From a virus (Duplodnaviria > Caudoviricetes), in IMG/VR virus record IMGVR_UViG_3300037424_000380, positions 1 to 45,281 of that record: a stretch of 45,281 nucleotides of DNA, one strand, 5' to 3'. The notes beneath the pieces were generated by a model. The model saw nothing but the letters and a program-made list of their open reading frames with translations. It had not been told where the DNA came from and made no database searches. Below are positions 36,246 through 43,456 of the stretch, piece by piece. Made by a program: the position numbers and the translations under genes. Every line of letters starts with the position of its first letter. The stretch's first letter is position 1.

Positions 36246-36299
36246 GATCTCATCAGCAAGCGCCTAACGCTTGGACCGGCCCGAAGGCCGGTTTCGACC
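36246..36299 (-). ncRNA. Type II hammerhead ribozyme
   Basis: Minus strand reads GGUC GAAA CCGGCC UUCG GGCCGG UC CAAGCG UUAGG CGCUUG CUGAUGA GAUC: complete core, GUC site, stems I, II and III all pair. Confidence 0.92.
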
Positions 36300-36304
36300 T
36301 GCCG

Positions 36305-36646
36305 TTATGCCGTGGTGTCGTTTGCCGTAATAAAACAGATTGTGCCGTTTGGGTTTTGCACATAGACGGCTTCTTGTTGTGCATCTTCGACGACGATCCG
36401 GGCAATGTGATGCAGGCGTTGCACGTTGATGGGCAAATCCTCCATAGCAATGGTGTAGACCATAACAGCTTCGGTCACAACCGTTCCATCCGGTGATTTC
36501 CAGCCGCCGAAAGAGTGTGTCGCGGTGAAGCCGCCAAAGTCTTCAACAAGGGTTTTCTGAACCCATGTGCGAAGATCGGCAAGACCATATCCGGCATTGT
36601 TGCGAGCGGGGACGATGATCTGAGCGGTGCGGAGTGCATGTGTCAT
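36305..36646 (-). CDS. DUF3574-like / PII-like fold protein, candidate SAM lyase
   Basis: FGGFT...GGW...G.VVTE...QQEAVYV pattern; AGGAG RBS. Confidence 0.6.
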   Translation of the reverse strand: MTHALRTAQIIVPARNNAGYGLADLRTWVQKTLVEDFGGFTATHSFGGWKSPDGTVVTEAVMVYTIAMEDLPINVQRLHHIARIVVEDAQQEAVYVQNPNGTICFITANDTTA

Positions 36647-36649
36647 GTC

Positions 36650-37660
36650 GGTAGCTCCTAGGATTTGGCCGTGGGCCGTTGTGCCGTGGGTGGCAGGTGT
36701 CTTTATAGCATGTGTGTTTAAACGGGTGAAGCAAAAATATGCCGTGGGCCGTTGACAGTGGGCGATGATTGTTCACAGTGAACGGATGGGGAACAAATCG
36801 CATGGTGGGATTTTGTGAGCCGTGACAGCGGGATAGGGGTAAAGCGAGCCGTGGGCCGTTTATGGGCGATTGGGGGCCATGTTGCCGATTTGCCACGGTG
36901 GACGGGACACGGCGGGGTGAGCCGGGGCCGAGTTGCGGTTATGCTCGGGCTGAGCATAAGTGCTTGGCGGTATTGCGCGATTGTTTCGGAAGCGTAATGA
37001 TTAACTTGTTAACTATCGATGCTGAACTTGTTAACTAGTATGTTAGTTGCGCACCGTGAGGGGTCCAAAACCACGCGCTCGACCGGCACACGGCATAACG
37101 GTGTACGGCATAGCGATCACATAGCACAACAGTTATATGCACCAACAACGGGCCATGCACGGCAGGGGGCTGCGTTAGGGACGACTTACGTAAGGGCTGG
37201 CTTACACATGCACACGCAGCGCACGGCAAGGGGTAAGCACATGATTACATTAGGCCGGGCTTATGTAAGCATAGAGGCACATAAGCACATAGCTACGTAA
37301 GCACACACGCACAGAGGGGCGCGTAAGCCGTGGCGCACGTAAGCACACACTTACGTAAGCACAGGGGGCACCTAGTTCCCCCCAGACGGCCTACGGCACG
37401 CGAGCTCGTTCAGGGACCCAATACACTGGTTGAGGTGCCTTTCACCACATGCAACCACTAGTTGCGCACACACCCACAGCCCACGGTCAACGGCAGATCG
37501 TAACTCTTTGATAACACATGACTAATAGCCCGCGAGCCTCGCTTCGCTCGGCCACACCGCATGGCGTAACGGCATAGCATCCCACGGCACACGGTGTACT
37601 TAACATGTTAAATATATACACCGACCTTCCCCCTTCGACCGCTTTACCCCGCGCCGTGGT
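36650..37660. other. Repeat-rich non-coding region (candidate origin, packaging or terminus region)
   Basis: No credible ORF; GCCGTGGGCCGTT x3, AACTTGTTAACTA x2, GTAAGCAC-like array; strand-composition switch near 37010. Confidence 0.6.
36702..36730 (-). promoter_or_regulatory. Sigma70-like promoter with GTTTAAAC in spacer
   Basis: TTCACC-17 bp-TATAAA with TG extension. Confidence 0.5.
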
Positions 37661-37667
37661 GGGGAGA

Positions 37668-37814
37668 TTATCAAACAGGGCTCAGAAGCGTTGATAAAGT
37701 GATAATTTGATAATCTGATAAAGGGTGAGAGACTTTAGAACAGACAGTGAACGATCACTCCTTTGATAATACTCTATTCTCATATCAACCTTTCACCGCC
37801 TTGCACGATGATAA
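37668..37814. repeat. TGATAA repeat cluster 2
   Basis: Seven hexamers, four in 8-bp tandem period (37692, 37700, 37708, 37716); TTGATAATCTGATAA at 37707. Confidence 0.85.
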
Positions 37815-37829
37815 ACAGGGTGGTATTCT
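37801..37829 (+). promoter_or_regulatory. Sigma70-like promoter for helicase/terminase operon
   Basis: TTGCAC-17 bp-TATTCT with TG extension. Confidence 0.65.
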
Positions 37830-37890
37830 ATGAGACATAATGCAGTCACGTACATAATCCGCACATAAAATCATATATTTAGGAGCTATA

Positions 37891-38904
37891 ATGCCAACTG
37901 AGGTCATAAAACGCAAAAAGCCCTCCATCATCACGCTCGATACGATTGCCCCCAAGGAAATGACATGGTTGTGGCACCCTTACATCCCCTCCGGCACGGT
38001 TACGGCGGTATTCGGGCAGGGTGGAATGGGCAAAAGTTACATGACCTGCGACATCGCGGCCCGTTTATCAAACGGCACGCCGTTGCCCGGCAGCGATGGG
38101 CCGACAATTCCGCAAAAAGTGTTAATGCTGAGCGCTGAGGACGATTATGCGACCGTTTTGGTCCCGCGCCTACTGCGTATGGGTACAAATTTAGCCAACA
38201 TTGCCGTGCCGAGCTTCCAATTCACCCTCGATCCGTGGGGTGCTGAACAGGTCGCCGAGCTTATGCGCGAATTCGCAGCCACGGTGGTCTTTATCGACCC
38301 AATTGTGTACTATGCCGGTGGCAAAATGGACATGAACAAGTCCAACGAAGTCCGTGCGATGATGGAAAAGCTCAAAGGAGCCGCCGAGGCGTCCAACTCA
38401 TCCGTCATTATCGTCGGCCACATACGCAAATCCGAGGAAGGCAACGATGCGAACCGCATGATGGGCTCCGCCGATTGGGTAAACGCCGCCCGTAGTGGTG
38501 TGCTGGTCACGAAAACCAACGATGGCATGCCAGTCATGCGCCATGTGAAGACAAACTATGGCAAGAAAGGGCTGTCGCGTGGGTTCGAAATCACGGACGA
38601 GGGCTTCATCTGGGGTGATGTGTTCGATGAGGACGCCACACCCGTGGCTGGCGATGGTCCCAACAACCGTGGACGCAAGGACGCCGCCGTGAGTTTCCTG
38701 CGTGTTGTGCTGGCCCACGGCCCGGTGCCCGCCGAGGAATTGATTGCCCTTGCAGCGGAAGAAAACATAGCACCGGCTACGCTCAACAGGGCCAAGATCG
38801 GTGTGGCCGAAAGCGTGTACTCGAAAACAAGCGGATGGGTGTGGAAGTTGCTAGACAAGCCCGGCAACTCACGGCCCACGGTGGACGATTTGCCAAGGGA
38901 GTGA
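37891..38904 (+). CDS. RepA (RSF1010)-like / AAA_25 helicase with C-terminal winged helix
   Basis: WLWHPYIP, Walker A GQGGMGKS, LSAED, VVFIDPI, VGHIRK, GSADWVNAARS; C-terminal GPVPAEELI...IAPATLNRAK. Confidence 0.85.
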   Translation: MPTEVIKRKKPSIITLDTIAPKEMTWLWHPYIPSGTVTAVFGQGGMGKSYMTCDIAARLSNGTPLPGSDGPTIPQKVLMLSAEDDYATVLVPRLLRMGTNLANIAVPSFQFTLDPWGAEQVAELMREFAATVVFIDPIVYYAGGKMDMNKSNEVRAMMEKLKGAAEASNSSVIIVGHIRKSEEGNDANRMMGSADWVNAARSGVLVTKTNDGMPVMRHVKTNYGKKGLSRGFEITDEGFIWGDVFDEDATPVAGDGPNNRGRKDAAVSFLRVVLAHGPVPAEELIALAAEENIAPATLNRAKIGVAESVYSKTSGWVWKLLDKPGNSRPTVDDLPRE

Positions 38905-38907
38905 GCC

Positions 38908-39123
38908 ATGAGAAAAATCCTCTCGATCACCACGGCAAGTGGCAAACGGTACAAGGTCGGCAAGGACGGCGTGGTGCTGATTGATCTACAAACAGATCAT
39001 CATGGTACTGCCGTGATCTATTGGTATATCATTTGCGCCGTCGACGGTCCCGTGGCCCGCATCAGCACATCGCAGGTGATCACCATCACATATAAGACGA
39101 ACGGAAAACACAATGCCAGCTAA
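38908..39123 (+). CDS. Hypothetical protein
   Basis: GGGAG RBS; operon position. Confidence 0.6.
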   Translation: MRKILSITTASGKRYKVGKDGVVLIDLQTDHHGTAVIYWYIICAVDGPVARISTSQVITITYKTNGKHNAS

Positions 39124-39868
39124 CGCTATCGACAAAAAGCTCCGGGTCACGTACAAGCCCGAGATCGCCCTGCGTATCTGCGAAGAGGTCGCCGGTGGTG
39201 CGACCATCGTGGAGATTGAGGCCACGGATGGTATGCCGTCACGGTCCACAATTTATCGCTGGCTGGCCGTGTACCCAAAATTCTTCGACGCCTATGAGCG
39301 AGCCCGCGAGGTGAGCGCGCAGTCGTTCGAGGATGAAGCCCTGATGATGGCCCGCACGCTGAAGAACGCCAATGACTTCACAGGGGTTAAGGTACAGGCG
39401 TACAACATCGCCATGCAACAGTTGCGGTGGTCCGCCTCCCGGCGCGACAAGGCCCGTTACGGCCAACAGATCCAAGGCGCGACTACGGTGCCGATACAGA
39501 TCAACACCACACTTAATCTGGCACAGGACGGCCAGCCACAGCCGACCGACACACAGAGCAGCATCTACACGGTTGAGGCCACGGTGACGCTTGGCCATGC
39601 GGAGACTGAGGGCTACGAAGAGGACAGCGTCGAACAGATGGTCGGTGAGGGCGAAGTGCTTGACCTGTCGGCAAACCCGGACGATGATGAGAAGTTGCCG
39701 TTCGGCCTTCCAGAGACTGAAACCCAACAGCTTCACAATCCGAAAAACGGCAGGCCGTTTAAACAACATCGGAAAGGGCCGCGCAAGTCGGCAGGGCAGG
39801 CGGCACGCAGCGCCAAGATCTATGCGGCAACACAGGCGAGAGCCACAAACAAACAGGACACGGAATAA
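39113..39868 (+). CDS. terS: Terminase small subunit
   Basis: ICEEVAGG...GMPSRSTIYRWL...FFDAYERARE (Sf6 gp1-like) plus long acidic/basic tail. Confidence 0.82.
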   Translation: MPANAIDKKLRVTYKPEIALRICEEVAGGATIVEIEATDGMPSRSTIYRWLAVYPKFFDAYERAREVSAQSFEDEALMMARTLKNANDFTGVKVQAYNIAMQQLRWSASRRDKARYGQQIQGATTVPIQINTTLNLAQDGQPQPTDTQSSIYTVEATVTLGHAETEGYEEDSVEQMVGEGEVLDLSANPDDDEKLPFGLPETETQQLHNPKNGRPFKQHRKGPRKSAGQAARSAKIYAATQARATNKQDTE

Positions 39869-40851
39869 TGGCACTTGGACTTGGAAACTTTCTGACCACG
39901 ATGATGAACACCGCCGCTCAGCAGAACCCGCTCATGCGTGTGTTGCAGGCCGTAGGTACGCAGGTACCACAACAGGCTGCCGCTCAGCCACAGACACCAC
40001 AAATCGCATACAGCGACCCGATGATCTCAAATCAGACGACGGGCGCTAACCGCCCACGGCAGGCGAAGACCAGTGCAGGTGAGAGCTATGCATATAACTA
40101 CTACCTAAAAAAGGGCCTGAACCCTGCGGCAGCGGCAGGGATCGTTGGCAATCTTGCGCAGGAGAGCGCCTTCCGGGACGATGTACTGACCGGCAAGCGC
40201 ATGGGCGATAACGGGGCCAGCGGTTTCGCCGCACAGTGGCAGGGTTCACGGCTAACAAATCTGAAGGCATACGCGGCTGCACGGGGTGAGGACACTCCGT
40301 CGCTGAACACACAGCTTGACTTTGTGCTGGAGGAAGGCAACTCGCAGTCGCCATACAAGGACGATGGGGCCGTGAAAGCCATGCAGTTGCTGTCCACGGT
40401 GGGCGATGTGGGGCAGGCATCAGACATTTTCCGCACTCATTTTGAGCGCCCATCGGCTCCGGATAGTGCGCGGCGTAGGGCTCACGCCATGCGCATTGCA
40501 GGCGTCACGGCAGATCCCAATTTCACACCCACGGCAACCGCCAGCGCAAAGCCCAATGCTTTGGGCCGTGTTCTGAGCGCCGTCACAGGTCAGCAAACCC
40601 TCACGGCAGGGGAAGAGACGAAGCAGCCACAAAGTCCGTGGGATCGCGTTATGGCCAGCGTGACACAGGTTCGTCCGCAAGCACCGCAACAAGCCGCTCC
40701 GGATATGCCACAGGCCGAACCGGCGGTGGATACAGGGGCCGAAGAGATCGCTGGATTGCAGGAGCAATTAGCACAGCGTATAGTGAGCCCAAGGCAGTCG
40801 GCGGCTCAACGTCGGCAGGAACTGACAGCGAAAACGAGGTATAAGGTATGA
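39868..40851 (+). CDS. Protein with phage tail-type lysozyme (Phage_lysozyme2-like) domain
   Basis: AAAGIVGNLAQES, GFAAQW, QLDFVLEE, FRTHFERP; Q/P/A-rich flanks. Confidence 0.82.
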   Translation: MALGLGNFLTTMMNTAAQQNPLMRVLQAVGTQVPQQAAAQPQTPQIAYSDPMISNQTTGANRPRQAKTSAGESYAYNYYLKKGLNPAAAAGIVGNLAQESAFRDDVLTGKRMGDNGASGFAAQWQGSRLTNLKAYAAARGEDTPSLNTQLDFVLEEGNSQSPYKDDGAVKAMQLLSTVGDVGQASDIFRTHFERPSAPDSARRRAHAMRIAGVTADPNFTPTATASAKPNALGRVLSAVTGQQTLTAGEETKQPQSPWDRVMASVTQVRPQAPQQAAPDMPQAEPAVDTGAEEIAGLQEQLAQRIVSPRQSAAQRRQELTAKTRYKV

Positions 40852-40911
40852 GTTGCACAGGCGTGAAAAAGACCAACAAGGCAGGCAAACCGAAACCAAA
40901 AGGACCACGAA

Positions 40912-41044
40912 CATGAAAACTGGTAACAAAAAGCACGAGGCAGGTGAAAGCAAGAAAACTGAGGCGAAGGAAAACGCCAAGAAGGCTCGCAAGGGCTACG
41001 GCGGTAATCCATTTGCCAAGGCTCGTAAGAATACAAAAAATTAA
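40912..41044 (+). CDS. Small basic protein
   Basis: AAGGA RBS before MKTGNKK; Lys-rich. Confidence 0.55.
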
Positions 41045-41061
41045 TACTATGTGAGTGTGAT

Positions 41062-41277
41062 ATGGCAGAGATTTCTCATTACATAATTATTAACAAAAAA
41101 ACTGGTGCACAAGTAGATAAAGCTACTACGCTAAAAGGTGCACGCAAGTCTGTAGATAGAAATGATAATAGTTATGGCGGTTATATTCATACGTTTAAAC
41201 CAATTTATATACAAGAGAAAAGTGAACTGCGAAATGGTAATCCATTTGATAAAGCCAAAAAGACCATGAAGGGCTGA
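41062..41277 (+). CDS. AT-rich hypothetical protein
   Basis: Low-GC ORF bounded by 13-bp direct repeats. Confidence 0.55.
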   Translation: MAEISHYIIINKKTGAQVDKATTLKGARKSVDRNDNSYGGYIHTFKPIYIQEKSELRNGNPFDKAKKTMKG

Positions 41278-41278
41278 C

Positions 41279-41566
41279 ATGGACACCAAAGGGCGGCGAC
41301 AAAGCAAGAACGTAGTGGGAAGAGAGCTTGCGCCGCTCGTAGGAGCGAGCCAGTCGCTGCGGCAGCCGATAGTAAAATTCGTCCCACTTAATGGTGAGCA
41401 ACTGGATGCCTTTGATAAGGCCAAGTCTCTTGGGTTGGACAAAGCGCTTAAAGCCATGCCGGACGCTGTGAAGCGAGATATGCAGATGAGAGCCGAGCGG
41501 CAGAAGGCTGAACGGACAAAAACTAGCCGGAACCCCACGAAGCGCGAGCAACAGAAAAGAAAATAA
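41279..41566 (+). CDS. Small basic hypothetical protein
   Basis: Operon position; GRRQSKNV motif. Confidence 0.6.
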   Translation: MDTKGRRQSKNVVGRELAPLVGASQSLRQPIVKFVPLNGEQLDAFDKAKSLGLDKALKAMPDAVKRDMQMRAERQKAERTKTSRNPTKREQQKRK

Positions 41567-41567
41567 C

Positions 41568-43058
41568 ATGCCAGCTACAGAACGGAAGATCATCAATTTC
41601 AATCCGAACCCGATCCAGAAGGGGTTTATCGAGAGCCAAGCATACGCCGACCTGTTTTCCAGCCGTGTCGGTGAGGGCAAGTCCACGGCGTTGGTGTGGT
41701 CCTGCTTCTATCACACGAAGCACAATCCGGGGGCCGAGTGGGCCTTTATCCGCGATACGTTTGAGAACATTCAAAAATCCACCATGAAGACCTTCTTCGA
41801 GTGGTTCCCGCCCGGCATCTTTGGCACGTATAACGCTACGAAGAAAACCTTCACATGGGCCGAGGGCATCGCATCCGGGACTGTGACCTTTGTGGGTATG
41901 GACGACCCGAGCGATGCATCAAAGCTTCTGTCGTGGGTGCTAGGCGGCATTGCGATTGACGAGCCCGCGCCAGCGGCAGGCTCACATGGGGTGGACGAAA
42001 TGGTGTTCGACCTCGGGATGCAGCGTCTGCGCCAGCCGGGGCTCAAGTGGTATGCAATGAAGCTGGCCACGAACAATCCTGATGAAGAGCATTGGACATA
42101 CCGCAAGTTCGTCAACGAGGCCGAAGAAAATAACTACAGGCTATGGCAGCCAACGAAGCCTGAAAATATATCGAACCTGCCGGAAGGCTACTATGAGCGG
42201 CTGCGCAAGCAGATGGGCCATAGGCCGGACCTTGTGCGACGCTTCATCGATGGCGAATTTGGCTTCCAGCAGGAAGGCGAACCGATCACCCCACAGTGGT
42301 CCGACCGTATCCACCTGACGATGGGCCTATCACCGATCCGAGGCCGTGAGATTGTTCTGCTGTGGGACTTCGGGCACAACCCGACCTGCATCATCACGCA
42401 GCGCACACCGCTTGGGTATTGGAACATTCTGTACTCCTTCGTTGGTGAGGGCATCGGCGTCGAAGAGCTAATCGTGGATCAGGTCACGCCTGTGCTGAGG
42501 GACAAATTCCCCAAGTGCCCGATCCGGCATATCGGCGATCCGGCAGGTAATCAGCGTGAACAGACGAGCATCCAACGGTCAGCGGTCAAATCCATCAAGC
42601 AGTTGATCGGTGGCACATGGCGGTCCGGCCCGGTAAAGTGGGAAGAACGTAAGAACCCGCTTCAGGCCGTCCTCACACGGACCATTCAAGGCGTCGGGTT
42701 GGTGCAGGTTGATCGTTTAAACGCACCACATGTTTGGCACGCATTGCGCGGTGGTTGGCACTACCACAAGTCGCGGACCGGCACAGTGTCGGCTGAGGCA
42801 TTGAAGGACAAACATAGCCACCCCGGCGATGCCATGTCTTACGGCGCGGCGATCCTTTTTCCCGTTGGGCGTGTGTTGGGTGAGGGTGGAAAGATCATCG
42901 ATCCGAAAACGGGCCACTACTTTGGTGACAACCAACATGCCAGCGAGGGCATCATTCGCCCTGACGAGCCATTCAGGATAGGGCCGAGCGGTCCTACCCG
43001 CATGCCGGAACACGGAGAAATCGTTGTGCCGGGACGAGGCGGCAAGGGGTACTTCTAA
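41568..43058 (+). CDS. terL: Terminase large subunit
   Basis: PIQKGF Q-motif, SRVGEGKS Walker A, IAIDEP Walker B, ATNNP, WDFG and HPGDAMSY nuclease motifs. Confidence 0.92.
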   Translation: MPATERKIINFNPNPIQKGFIESQAYADLFSSRVGEGKSTALVWSCFYHTKHNPGAEWAFIRDTFENIQKSTMKTFFEWFPPGIFGTYNATKKTFTWAEGIASGTVTFVGMDDPSDASKLLSWVLGGIAIDEPAPAAGSHGVDEMVFDLGMQRLRQPGLKWYAMKLATNNPDEEHWTYRKFVNEAEENNYRLWQPTKPENISNLPEGYYERLRKQMGHRPDLVRRFIDGEFGFQQEGEPITPQWSDRIHLTMGLSPIRGREIVLLWDFGHNPTCIITQRTPLGYWNILYSFVGEGIGVEELIVDQVTPVLRDKFPKCPIRHIGDPAGNQREQTSIQRSAVKSIKQLIGGTWRSGPVKWEERKNPLQAVLTRTIQGVGLVQVDRLNAPHVWHALRGGWHYHKSRTGTVSAEALKDKHSHPGDAMSYGAAILFPVGRVLGEGGKIIDPKTGHYFGDNQHASEGIIRPDEPFRIGPSGPTRMPEHGEIVVPGRGGKGYF

Positions 43059-43108
43059 CCGCCAGCCACATACAGTATAGTGACGGAACCAAACAATGGA
43101 GAAAAATC

Positions 43109-43447
43109 ATGGCAGTACGAAGCGTGACATTGACTGAGGCCGGTACCGGAGTGATGGTGGCCGAATGGGCAGACCTTGACAATGGTGACAGCGGGACGCC
43201 GGTTGCACTAGCTGGATATCCAATCAAGACAATTCAGGTCATCGGCGGCACAAGCGCCGACATCGAAGGTAGCAATGACGGTGGCACGACTTGGGCGGCT
43301 GTGCGTGAACTTGGTGGTAGTGGTGGTACAGCTGCGCTGACAGCCATGACACCTAGCATTAAATCCATTCGTGAAAACCCGCTGTTAATCCGCCCGGCAG
43401 GAGTGGTCGGAGCCAATTGCAAGGTCGTTCTGGTCGCTGTTCGGTAA
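43109..43447 (+). CDS. Putative virion structural protein
   Basis: TIQV.G...IEGSNDGGTTW...IRP jelly-roll pattern; between TerL and portal. Confidence 0.6.
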   Translation: MAVRSVTLTEAGTGVMVAEWADLDNGDSGTPVALAGYPIKTIQVIGGTSADIEGSNDGGTTWAAVRELGGSGGTAALTAMTPSIKSIRENPLLIRPAGVVGANCKVVLVAVR

Positions 43448-43456
43448 GGAGCACAC

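Noticed and set aside
37001-37037. CtrA binding box
   Set aside because: TTAA half-sites are 4 bp apart rather than TTAA-N7-TTAA
190-42722. GTTTAAAC sites as engineered PmeI cloning scars
   Set aside because: They are embedded in intact reading frames, stops and RBS contexts with a natural Y/R flank bias, and no vector sequence is present
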